A DNA stretch of 64,000 nucleotides, taken from NCBI GenBank assembly GCA_964448235.1, contig CAYUWD010000003.1, positions 17,664-81,663 of the forward strand, written 5' to 3'. The stretch comes from an uncultured Bacteroidales bacterium (GTDB lineage Bacteria; Bacteroidota; Bacteroidia; Bacteroidales; ML635J-15). Positions 28,578 through 37,582 of the stretch are shown here, one piece after another; the first letter of the stretch is position 1, and each line of letters begins with the position of its first letter. The notes beneath the pieces are model-generated. The model made no database searches. It was not told where the DNA came from and worked only from the letters and a program-made list of their open reading frames with translations. A program made the translations under genes and the position numbers.

Positions 28578-29552
28578 TTATTTTATAGTAATGCTCTTAG
28601 TAACTTCACCATTAACAGTTTGAATCTTAACAAAATAATTTGCTTTTCCCAGTTTACTAATATCAATTACTTCTTTTGAGCTATTTGCTTCTGCAGAGTA
28701 AACAACCTTACCCAACATATCTACTATAGAAACCGCTTCTAGACCTTCAGCCTCAACAGTTATCTGATGTGAAGCAGGATTAGGATAAATCTTTACATCT
28801 TCTTGTAATTTTGAATTTATCCCGGTACCATTATCTATTGTTATATAATCATATTTTGTTAATTCATCTGCTCCTCCTTCATTTGACACTACTAATGTAA
28901 CATCATACATACCTTCTTCTGCATAGGTAACAGTTGGATTTTGCTGATCACTAGTTGGAGGAGTTCCTCCTTCAAATGCCCAAGCCCATCCTGTTGGATC
29001 GTTTGTGCTTTGATCTGTAAACTCCACTTCTGTCCCTGTCGTTGTATTTGTAGTATTTGCAGAAAATTCGGCTATTGGAGCAGGGGGTAATACAACAATA
29101 CTTAAAGAAGTATCATCTGTCATTTGTGACATTTCAACAGGATTTCCAAGCACATCAATATATGGAGTAATATACAATGTTAACTGATATTCTCCAACTT
29201 CTGTAGGAGTACCTGTAACCTGAACGCAGTAACGTGTAATAGGATCAGTAACTTCAAACATCTCCTGACTTTTACACCAATCTAATCCTGGAGGTAAATT
29301 CTCAACATCATCAACTCTAATCTGATAAATGACAGGCAAACCTTCATATTCAGCAGGAGGAATAACCGTTACTGTCTCATCATAATACTCATCGACTGTT
29401 GCTGTTGGCATTATTAATGGGCAAATTTCACCTGGATTATTAATCTCTTCACATGTCGGATCTGGAGTACATGCCGGGTCACAAATTTGTGCATTTAATT
29501 GCAACACAAACAAAGTTGCAATAGACATAATAATTAATGTAATTTTTTTCAT
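28578..29552 (-). CDS. Secreted PKD-domain protein with a T9SS type-A C-terminal sorting domain
   Basis: Signal peptide. Cys-rich N-terminus (CDPACTPDPTCEEINNPGEIC). PKD-like FSANTT...VEFTDQS...GMYDVTLVVSN. CTD: KIYPNPASHQITVEAEG...ANYFVKIQTVNGEVTKSITIK. Confidence 0.8.
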   Translation of the reverse strand: MKKITLIIMSIATLFVLQLNAQICDPACTPDPTCEEINNPGEICPLIMPTATVDEYYDETVTVIPPAEYEGLPVIYQIRVDDVENLPPGLDWCKSQEMFEVTDPITRYCVQVTGTPTEVGEYQLTLYITPYIDVLGNPVEMSQMTDDTSLSIVVLPPAPIAEFSANTTNTTTGTEVEFTDQSTNDPTGWAWAFEGGTPPTSDQQNPTVTYAEEGMYDVTLVVSNEGGADELTKYDYITIDNGTGINSKLQEDVKIYPNPASHQITVEAEGLEAVSIVDMLGKVVYSAEANSSKEVIDISKLGKANYFVKIQTVNGEVTKSITIK

Positions 29553-29576
29553 TTTGATTAATATTTGGTTAAACTT

Positions 29577-32045
29577 TTAAATATTTGCACTTAATACAAT
29601 TTCAAATCGTCTTGGAGCATGCATATCTCCTGGTCTTCCCACATATACACGATTAAGTATGTTTTTAACAATAAATGAGGCTCGTAAGTTTTCACTAAAT
29701 TTAAATCCAAAGCGCAAATCAATATTCAAATATTGTCTATTTGCATTTTCTATTCTATAATCCCAATACCCTGGCAAAATCATCCCACTAAATAGCTGAT
29801 AAAAAGCATAATCTCTAGAATTAACTGTTTCTGGATCTCTTTCATCACAAAATAATCTGTCAACGTTGTCCATTGCGCTGCGCCATATAATATTTGCTCC
29901 AAAAGTAATTCTTTTAGTCTCTAGATTTAAATCCGCTTTAATTGTATGTTTAATTCTATATTTTAATATTGGTGACAGACTAGAGGCTGTTGTATCTAAA
30001 CCTTGTCGAGATACAGGATTACTATAGGTATATGCCAACATGCCTGTAAAATAATGTTTTCCGATTTTACCACCAATCGTACCAGATAAATCTAGTCCAG
30101 TTATTCTTACATCACCATAATTTTGCGATTGAAATCCAATTGTTGCAGGAACAGTATCTCCATCTTGCCAAGGCATAAATGTAACCGGATTAAATACTCC
30201 AAAACTAAACTCCATCATATCATTAATATCCTGATTATATATTGCTAAATCAGCAAAACCTCTCCACTTTCCCAATTTATATGCTTGTTTAACACCAACT
30301 TCTGCACTCCAACTACTTTCTGAATTTAATCTAGGATTTGGTAAAATATTTACCATTCCCAAAGATGTAGCAGTATACTTTTCAGCAATTGAAGGAAATC
30401 GGTATCCTTGACCAAAAGATGCCCTTAAAAATGTTCTTTCTGCAACTTGATAATTAGCACCTGCTCTAAATACTGGTCTTATCGGTATCTCAACATAATC
30501 TTCTCCAAATTCAACATTAAATGCAGATTCTGTTTGTGTTGAATCTAATAGGAAATACTCTCCTCTCATCCCCAAATTGACTTTTAACCTACCAAATCTA
30601 GCATCTATCTGTGTATATCCTGATATATTTGTGCTATAATGATCTCCAAACAAATTTGACTCAACAGTACTTGGTGCATATACTGCTCCTGCTGTAAGAT
30701 TCCACCTTTCAGCAATAACTGTTTGATATTGATATTCAACATAATAACTATGTGCAACACTATTTTTTGAAGTATCTTCAGGCATCACGTTTTCTGTAAT
30801 AAAATATCTTGTGCGTAAACTATATTTTGAACCATTTGGTTTATAATAATATATAAATGGATCAATATTCATTCTATAGCCTTGTGTTGCCACACTTGAT
30901 CCCAAAGTTGGATTAGCAAGATATGGTGTTGTGTCTGATTCCCACATAAAAAAATCACTCATATCTAATGCCATAAAATTAGAATTAACACCCAGAGCTA
31001 ATCCATTTATTTTTTTACTCCTATACCTCACATTTGCATTAAACCTACTTCTTTTTTCATATTCTAACTCTCTATATCCTTCATCTATAAAATGATTTCC
31101 TCCTAACGAAAGATCAAGATTTTCGAACTTTTGACTATGTGAAAAGCTAAACCCTCCATACATAGGATTTCTAACAAAATAGAATATTGGTTCTCTTAGA
31201 GGTACTTTAATTTTACTATTTTCTCCACTAAAAAATTCGTTCCCCCACCAGCGAGCTCTTTCATCCTTTGGAGATCCATAAATACCATAAAAATAAGTAA
31301 CCTTTGTTTTGGGTTTATCTGTAGGATATGCCGACCTAACATTTATTACTCCTCCAATAGCAGACGAACCAAACAAAGCCGAACTTGCGCCTTTTACCAC
31401 CTCCACTTGAGAAATGTTTTCTACAGGGATATAATTCCACTTAACATCACCACAATCAGCAGACATAATTGGCAAATCGTCCATTAAAATAACAACTCTA
31501 CTTCCTGCACCATAACTCCAGCCAGTACTAGAACGAATACTTGGCTGCTTATCATTTATGTCTACACCAGCAACTTGATTTATAGCATCTGACATATTAA
31601 AAGAGTTATTATTTTCTATTGTTGTTGGCTTTATTACTTCCATAGAAACAGTAACTTCTGATAATTTTTGCTCATATTTACCAGCACTTACAACAACTTC
31701 ATCAATAATTTCTGCTTTTTGATTAATTTCAACATCTAAAACTATTTGATTCCCAACTCTTAATTCGACTGTCTTTAAAACCTCTTCATATCCAATATAA
31801 ACAAATCTCACATTGTAAGTACCTGGATATAATGCTATTTTATAATTACCATCAAAATCCGTAGTTGTTCCTAATTGAGTTTTATCTGTTAAAAGCTCAT
31901 TTGCATTATCAATAATAATATTGACACCATATAAAGCCTCCTTATTCACTTTGTCTATGACTTTTCCGTTTAATATAACCGTTTGGGAAATTAAAGAAAA
32001 TTGTACAAGCAAGGCAATAATTAATAAAAGAAAACATTTCCTCAT
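29577..32045 (-). CDS. TonB-dependent outer-membrane receptor with an N-terminal carboxypeptidase-regulatory-like domain
   Basis: Start set at MRKCFLLLIIALLVQFSLISQ (ATG at 32045); a -7 box sits 29 nt upstream, inside the longer ORF-track version. LNGKVIDK...GTTTDFDGNYKI. Plug with VEVVKGASSALFGSSAIGGVINV. Barrel ends FEIVLSANI. Confidence 0.85.
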   Translation of the reverse strand: MRKCFLLLIIALLVQFSLISQTVILNGKVIDKVNKEALYGVNIIIDNANELLTDKTQLGTTTDFDGNYKIALYPGTYNVRFVYIGYEEVLKTVELRVGNQIVLDVEINQKAEIIDEVVVSAGKYEQKLSEVTVSMEVIKPTTIENNNSFNMSDAINQVAGVDINDKQPSIRSSTGWSYGAGSRVVILMDDLPIMSADCGDVKWNYIPVENISQVEVVKGASSALFGSSAIGGVINVRSAYPTDKPKTKVTYFYGIYGSPKDERARWWGNEFFSGENSKIKVPLREPIFYFVRNPMYGGFSFSHSQKFENLDLSLGGNHFIDEGYRELEYEKRSRFNANVRYRSKKINGLALGVNSNFMALDMSDFFMWESDTTPYLANPTLGSSVATQGYRMNIDPFIYYYKPNGSKYSLRTRYFITENVMPEDTSKNSVAHSYYVEYQYQTVIAERWNLTAGAVYAPSTVESNLFGDHYSTNISGYTQIDARFGRLKVNLGMRGEYFLLDSTQTESAFNVEFGEDYVEIPIRPVFRAGANYQVAERTFLRASFGQGYRFPSIAEKYTATSLGMVNILPNPRLNSESSWSAEVGVKQAYKLGKWRGFADLAIYNQDINDMMEFSFGVFNPVTFMPWQDGDTVPATIGFQSQNYGDVRITGLDLSGTIGGKIGKHYFTGMLAYTYSNPVSRQGLDTTASSLSPILKYRIKHTIKADLNLETKRITFGANIIWRSAMDNVDRLFCDERDPETVNSRDYAFYQLFSGMILPGYWDYRIENANRQYLNIDLRFGFKFSENLRASFIVKNILNRVYVGRPGDMHAPRRFEIVLSANI

Positions 32046-32073
32046 ACTAATAAATATATTGATTATTTCAAAA

Positions 32074-32081
32074 CAAATGTA
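32074..32081 (-). promoter_or_regulatory. Candidate -7 box (TACATTTG on the minus strand) for the TonB-dependent receptor
   Basis: Plus-strand caaatgta, 29 nt upstream of the ATG at 32045. Confidence 0.35.
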
Positions 32082-32215
32082 TATATATTGTTTGTTATAT
32101 AACAATTTTTATTGCCTGTTTTAGTATTATTTTTGCCATACATTGTATAAATACGTATAAATACGCATTACAATTTATACTAAGAAAAAGCGTAAAAAAA
32201 TAAATACAAATACAC

Positions 32216-34603
32216 TTAAAGTCTAGTTCTTATAGCCTTTAAGCTAGGAAGTTCTTTACCTTCAATATATTCTAACAAAGCCCCTCCGGCAGTTGAGACA
32301 TAACTTATTTTGTGGGCTAGCCCATATTTGTTTAATGCAGCAATACTATCACCTCCTCCAACAAGAGAAAATGCCCCAAAATCTGTAGCTCTGGATACCG
32401 CAAGAGCAATTTTAATTGTTCCATTACAAAAATGATCCATTTCAAAAACTCCCATAGGACCATTCCATAAAAGAGTATTTGATTTTTCTATTATTTTTGC
32501 AAATGTTTCAGCAGTTTTTATTCCTATATCCAATCCCATCCAAGATTTTGGAATCTCATTTATTTTACAATGTTTTATTCTGGCATTATTATCAAATTTG
32601 TCTGCAATAATACAATCTATTGGCAAATATAACTTAACATCTGTTTTCATTGCTTGCTCTAAAATATCTTTTGCAACAGGAATATAATCTTCTTCAACAA
32701 GAGATTCTCCAATATTACCTCCCATAGCTTTAATAAAAGTAAAAGCAATTCCACCACCAATTATTAGGTTATCAACCTTTTCCATCAAAGCTCGAATTAT
32801 ATCTATTTTTGTGGACACTTTTGATCCTCCTATTATTGCAGTAAAGGGTTTCTCTCCTTTATAAAGAACCCGATTAATATTATTTATTTCACTTTCCACA
32901 AGATATCCAAGCATTTTATCTTCCGGAAAATATTTTGCAATCATATAAGTAGATGCATGAGCACGATGTGCGGTTCCAAACGCATTCATAATATATACAT
33001 CCCCTAATTTTGCAAGTTTTGCTGCAAACTCCTCATCATTTTCTGTTTCCATTGAGTTAAACCTCAAATTTTCTAATATCATTACTTCTCCAGGTTGAAG
33101 ACTTTTTGACAATTTATCTGCTTCAGCACCAACACAATCACTGGCAAATTTTACTTCTGTTTCAAGTATTGTCGACAAATAAGGAACAATATGTTTAACA
33201 GAGAATTTTTCAACAACTTTTCCTTTTGGTCTTCCAATATGAGTCATCAATATTACAGCACCACCATCGGTAAGTATTTTTCTTATTGTTGGAATAGCTG
33301 TAACTATTCTTGTATTATCAACAATTTCAAATTTATCGTTTAATGGAACATTAAAGTCTACACGCATCAACACCTTTTTGCCATAAAAATTATAATCATC
33401 TATACTAAATGATTCAATAATTGCTTTTATAGAAGGCAAATTTTTCTTTTCGAAATACTCAAGCAAAGCTCCTCCTGCAGAACTTATATACGATATTTTA
33501 TGTGCAAGACTATATTTATTAATTGCAGCCGTTGTATCACCACCTCCTACAACTGAATAAAGGCCTTTATCTGTTGCTCTTGCAATTGACAAGGCCAATT
33601 TTAGTGTTCCATAAGCAAAATGTGACATTTCATATACCCCAAGAGGGCCATCCCATAATAACGTTTTAGAATTTTCTACAATTTCAGCAAATAAATCAAC
33701 GGTTTTTATTCCAATATCAAGAGCCATCCACTCATCAGGGATTTCAGAAAACTCACAATGTTCTATATTTGCATCATTGCCATTTTTATCTGCAATGATA
33801 CAATCCACAGGTAATTGTATATTCACATTAAATTTTTCTGCGTTTTCTAAAATTCTCTTTGCAACAGAAACATACTCATCTTCCACCAATGAATTACCCA
33901 CATTATATCCTTTTGCCTTAGCAAATGTATAGGCAATTCCTCCTCCAATAAGCAAATTATCTATTTTAGGCATCAATGCTTCAACAATTCCAATCTTAGT
34001 AGTAACCTTATCTCCCCCTATCATTAGAGTAAATGGAGATTCTGAGCCTTTAACTAACTTATCAAGTTTTTTAATTTCACTTTCAAAAACATATCCAAAC
34101 ATTTTATCGTAAGGAAAGTACTTTGCTATAGCAGAAGTCGAAGAATGATTTCTATGTGCTGTTCCAAAAGAGTTATTTACATAACAATCTCCAAGTTTAG
34201 ACAACTTTTCTGCAAAAATTTCATCAGCCTCAAGTTCTCCTTTATAAAATCGAAGGTTCTCAAGTAACATAATATCTCCTGGTTTTAAGTCTTGAGCCTT
34301 CTTATATGTTTCTTCTGATAGAGGATCTTCGCAAAAATTTATTTTGCGTCCTATGAGTTTTTCTACATATGGTAAAATATTTTTTAATGATCTCTTTTCT
34401 ATGTACCTACCTTTGGGTCGCCCCCAATGAGTTAATAATATAATTGATCCATTTTCAGATAAGATTTTTTGAATTGTAGGTAATGATAGCCTTATTCTTG
34501 TATCATCAACCAAATCATATTCATCACTTGTTATTGGAATATTAAAATCCACTCTCAATAAAACCCTTTTGCTATCAAAATTATAAGAATCTAAGTTATT
34601 CAT
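32216..34603 (-). CDS. pgk: Tandem-duplicated phosphoglycerate kinase (two complete PGK modules fused in one ORF)
   Basis: aa 1-398 and 399-795 each carry RVDFN(I/V)P, TH(W/I)GRPKG, ENLRF, FGTAHR, GG(D/S)KV(T/S)TKI, LW(D/N)GP(L/M)GV(Y/F)EM, GGGD and AGGALLEY. The junction ...LPSIKAIIES|FSIDDYNFYGKK... (nt 33409/33410) has no stop and no Met. Confidence 0.9.
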   Translation of the reverse strand: MNNLDSYNFDSKRVLLRVDFNIPITSDEYDLVDDTRIRLSLPTIQKILSENGSIILLTHWGRPKGRYIEKRSLKNILPYVEKLIGRKINFCEDPLSEETYKKAQDLKPGDIMLLENLRFYKGELEADEIFAEKLSKLGDCYVNNSFGTAHRNHSSTSAIAKYFPYDKMFGYVFESEIKKLDKLVKGSESPFTLMIGGDKVTTKIGIVEALMPKIDNLLIGGGIAYTFAKAKGYNVGNSLVEDEYVSVAKRILENAEKFNVNIQLPVDCIIADKNGNDANIEHCEFSEIPDEWMALDIGIKTVDLFAEIVENSKTLLWDGPLGVYEMSHFAYGTLKLALSIARATDKGLYSVVGGGDTTAAINKYSLAHKISYISSAGGALLEYFEKKNLPSIKAIIESFSIDDYNFYGKKVLMRVDFNVPLNDKFEIVDNTRIVTAIPTIRKILTDGGAVILMTHIGRPKGKVVEKFSVKHIVPYLSTILETEVKFASDCVGAEADKLSKSLQPGEVMILENLRFNSMETENDEEFAAKLAKLGDVYIMNAFGTAHRAHASTYMIAKYFPEDKMLGYLVESEINNINRVLYKGEKPFTAIIGGSKVSTKIDIIRALMEKVDNLIIGGGIAFTFIKAMGGNIGESLVEEDYIPVAKDILEQAMKTDVKLYLPIDCIIADKFDNNARIKHCKINEIPKSWMGLDIGIKTAETFAKIIEKSNTLLWNGPMGVFEMDHFCNGTIKIALAVSRATDFGAFSLVGGGDSIAALNKYGLAHKISYVSTAGGALLEYIEGKELPSLKAIRTRL

Positions 34604-34642
34604 ATGCAGATTATTCTATAAATACATTTTATTATAATTCAA

Positions 34643-34650
34643 CAAACTTA
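34643..34650 (-). promoter_or_regulatory. Candidate -7 box (TAAGTTTG on the minus strand) for the tandem PGK gene
   Basis: Plus-strand caaactta, 40 nt upstream of the ATG at 34603. Confidence 0.3.
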
Positions 34651-34809
34651 GCACCTTTAAATAAAAAATCAATGATTTTTTTATGTTTTTTTAGCATATT
34701 CAAAAATATTTATTATCATTTTCTCTTATCTTAATTATTTTAAAGTTTTACATATTTTATTCTTTTTAAATGCTTTAAAAAAATAGCTTTAATTCTCTAA
34801 GACTTTTAC

Positions 34810-34817
34810 TATTTTTG
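34810..34817 (+). promoter_or_regulatory. Candidate -7 box (TATTTTTG) for holB
   Basis: TAnnTTTG match 17 nt upstream of the ATG at 34834. Confidence 0.35.
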
Positions 34818-34833
34818 TAATATATTAGGTGAT

Positions 34834-35958
34834 ATGAAATTTAACAAGATAATAGGACACTCTAACATAAAAGAAAATCTCATCAGAGCATTTAATAACA
34901 ATCGGATGAGTCATTCTTATCTCTTTTATGGAAATCCGGGTATTGGAAAACTTGCACTAGCTATTGCATTTGCTCAATATGTTTCTTGTAAAAACAGAAC
35001 ATCCACTGATAGTTGCGGAATATGTGCTAGTTGCAAAAAATATGAGAAGCTCATTCATCCCGATTTGCATTTTGTATTTCCAGTAATTACCCAAAGCGGC
35101 AAAAAATCTATTAGCGACACTTATATTGAAACATGGAGAGAAAGAATTCTATCTAACCCATATTTTTCTTATCACGATTGGTTATTTTCTCTTGATAGTA
35201 AAAACAAACAAGGCAGCATTCACAAAGATGAATCTTCAGAAATATTACGAAAACTAAATCTAAAAACTTTTGAATCAGACTATAAATTTATGATTATCTG
35301 GTTACCAGAGATGATGAATAGTACAAGTGCTAATAAATTATTAAAAATTTTAGAAGAACCACCACAAAATACTATTTTTATATTGGTAAGTGATTGCCGC
35401 GAAAATGTATTATCTACCATTATTTCACGCACTCAACCCATCAAAATACTAGGAATTAATGACGATTGCCTAAAAAATGCAATTATTGATGAATATAATA
35501 TTGGAGATAAAATGGCATCTGACATTGTTAGAATAAGTAATGGCAGTCTTATTGAAGCAAGAAAACAGATAGTTTTAAACGAAGAAACAGAATATAACCT
35601 ATCAAAATTTACAGAACTAATGAGAGTGTGTTATGCAAGAAAAATTCAAGAAGCAATTTATTTTGCAGAAACAATGGCAAAAACATCTCGAGAAAAACAA
35701 AAGAGTTTTCTTTATTATTGTTTAGTATTACTGCGTGAAAATTTTATTTATAATACTAACTTAAGCGAAGTAGTTTATTTAACAACTAAAGAATTTGAAT
35801 TTTCAAGAAATTTTTCAAAATTTATTAATTTCTCAAACGTTACTGAACTTACTGAAATATTTGAAAAAGCTCATTTTCATATAGAAAGGAACGGAAATGC
35901 AAAAATTATTTTTGTTGATATTGCATTTAAAATAATGAAAAACATAAGAAAAAAATAA
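34834..35958 (+). CDS. holB: DNA polymerase III delta-prime subunit
   Basis: HSYLFYGNPGIGK P-loop-like motif, a Cys cluster (C...CGICASC), and KLLKILEEPP. Confidence 0.85.
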   Translation: MKFNKIIGHSNIKENLIRAFNNNRMSHSYLFYGNPGIGKLALAIAFAQYVSCKNRTSTDSCGICASCKKYEKLIHPDLHFVFPVITQSGKKSISDTYIETWRERILSNPYFSYHDWLFSLDSKNKQGSIHKDESSEILRKLNLKTFESDYKFMIIWLPEMMNSTSANKLLKILEEPPQNTIFILVSDCRENVLSTIISRTQPIKILGINDDCLKNAIIDEYNIGDKMASDIVRISNGSLIEARKQIVLNEETEYNLSKFTELMRVCYARKIQEAIYFAETMAKTSREKQKSFLYYCLVLLRENFIYNTNLSEVVYLTTKEFEFSRNFSKFINFSNVTELTEIFEKAHFHIERNGNAKIIFVDIAFKIMKNIRKK

Positions 35959-35963
35959 AAACT

Positions 35964-37109
35964 ATGACAGACCGAGAATACGAAAGAGGTTGTGCGACAT
36001 CATGTGTAGATGAAAACGGTTGCAATATAAGTAGTGTAGAATGTTGTAACAAGTTAAACGTTTACGATTGGACTTCTGACATTAATGACCCCCAAGAACA
36101 AAATAGATTTTTTGAAGTGCGTTTTAAAAACACCCGAAAAGGAATATATGAAAACACCTCTGGACTAAATCTAAAAAATGGTGATATCGTTGCTGTAGAA
36201 TCATCCCCAGGACATGATATAGGTATAATATCAGCAAAAGGACGAATTGCAATTTTACAAATGTCAAAACATAAACCCTCAAAAGATAATACTTTTAAGA
36301 AAATTTACAGAAAAGCTCGATCATCAGACATCCAAAAATGGCAAGAAGCAATAAGCAAAGAAATTCCTACAATGCTAAGAACAAGAGAACTTGCAGATAT
36401 GCTAAATTTATCTATGAAAATTGGAGATGTCGAATTCCAAGGAGATAAAACAAAAGCAATATTCTATTATATAGCAGAAGAAAGAGTCGATTTTCGTGAA
36501 TTAATAAAAAAAATGGCAGAAGAATTTCGAATAAGAATCGAGATGAAACAAATAGGAGCTCGTCAAGAAGCCGGAAGAATCGGAGGGATTGGACCATGCG
36601 GAAGAGAATTATGCTGCACAACATGGATATCGGACTTTAATTCAGTTTCAACGAACTCTGCAAGATTGCAAGAACTATCTTTAAATCCACAAAAACTTGC
36701 AGGACAATGTAGCAAACTAAAATGTTGTCTTAATTATGAATTGCCCTTATATTTAGATGCAAGAAAATTATTTCCAGAGAAAATTAAATGTATCAAAACA
36801 AAAATTGGCAATGCATATCACATTAAAAACGATATTTTTAAACAGACAATGTATTTCGAAATCAAACTAAACGAAATCCCTGTTATCAGAGCTTTACACG
36901 TCAACAAAGTTAAACAAATAATGGAATTAAATGAAAAAGGCATTTTCCCTGATGAAATATTTGAAATAGAAAAACCGGGAGGCAGAGGCAATTCCTATAA
37001 AGAAGAACTAAACTCTGAAAGTTTAACCCGATTTGACAAAACAGAAAGATCACATAACAAAAAGAAAAAAAGAAAAAAGAATTTTAAATCAAAAAATCAT
37101 GAAAAATAA
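35964..37109 (+). CDS. PSP1 domain protein (RicT/YaaT-like)
   Basis: GDIVAVESSPGHDIGIIS, GDKTKAIFYYIAEERVDFRELIKKMA, GACGRELCC-type segment (GPCGRELCC) and KLKCCLNYE; basic K-rich tail. Confidence 0.8.
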   Translation: MTDREYERGCATSCVDENGCNISSVECCNKLNVYDWTSDINDPQEQNRFFEVRFKNTRKGIYENTSGLNLKNGDIVAVESSPGHDIGIISAKGRIAILQMSKHKPSKDNTFKKIYRKARSSDIQKWQEAISKEIPTMLRTRELADMLNLSMKIGDVEFQGDKTKAIFYYIAEERVDFRELIKKMAEEFRIRIEMKQIGARQEAGRIGGIGPCGRELCCTTWISDFNSVSTNSARLQELSLNPQKLAGQCSKLKCCLNYELPLYLDARKLFPEKIKCIKTKIGNAYHIKNDIFKQTMYFEIKLNEIPVIRALHVNKVKQIMELNEKGIFPDEIFEIEKPGGRGNSYKEELNSESLTRFDKTERSHNKKKKRKKNFKSKNHEK

Positions 37110-37575
37110 ATTTATTATTCTAACAACATTTCTAATCACATCTTGTTTATTTTCATGTGATAATAATAAAGTGTTTGAAAATTATGTAGAAATAGAAAAC
37201 AACATTTGGTCAAACAAAAACATAATCAATTTTGAATTTGAAATAAATGATACAAACTCATTACACAATGTATTCATAAACATTCGTCATGCTAGTTTAT
37301 ATCAATATAATAACCTATGGATATTTATCGAATCTTCGGCTCCAAATGGAACAAAAGAAACAGACACTGTTGAATGTGTCCTTGTAGATAAAAACAACAA
37401 GTGGATTGGTGATGGATTAGGCGATATTTGGGATGTTCAAATTCCCTGGAAAACTAATGTGAGATTTAGTCATCAAGGTTTGTACCGTGTAAAATTCGAA
37501 CAAGCAATGAGAGTAGAATTACTACCCGGAATTATGGATATGGGATTAAGAGTTGAAAAGGTTCCGTCAAAATAA
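37099..37575 (+). CDS. gldH: Gliding motility lipoprotein GldH
   Basis: Start set at the ATG at 37099 (MKNKFIILTTFLITSCLFSCDNNKVFENY, lipoprotein signal). About 158 aa with YNNLW and the C-terminal GIMDMGLRVEK pattern typical of GldH. Overlaps the PSP1 gene by 11 nt. Confidence 0.75.
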   Translation: MKNKFIILTTFLITSCLFSCDNNKVFENYVEIENNIWSNKNIINFEFEINDTNSLHNVFINIRHASLYQYNNLWIFIESSAPNGTKETDTVECVLVDKNNKWIGDGLGDIWDVQIPWKTNVRFSHQGLYRVKFEQAMRVELLPGIMDMGLRVEKVPSK

Positions 37576-37582
37576 CACCAAG

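Noticed and set aside
32046-32105. Longer start (32105) for the TonB-dependent receptor.
   Set aside because: The extra 20 aa (MLYNKQYIYICFEIINIFIS) precede a perfect signal peptide that begins at the ATG at 32045. A TAnnTTTG box lies within the extension.
32216-34603. The possibility that the double PGK is an assembly artefact (a collapsed or duplicated contig join) or two genes missing a stop.
   Set aside because: The two halves differ at roughly half of the positions I aligned by hand and differ throughout at the DNA level. The reading frame is continuous, and the second module lacks any start codon near the junction. Read-level confirmation is still advisable.
37033-37098. Longer start for gldH (MTKQKDHITKRKKEKRILNQKI...).
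   Set aside because: It overlaps the PSP1 gene tail in another frame. The ATG at 37099 yields a canonical lipoprotein signal (…ITSCLFSC).
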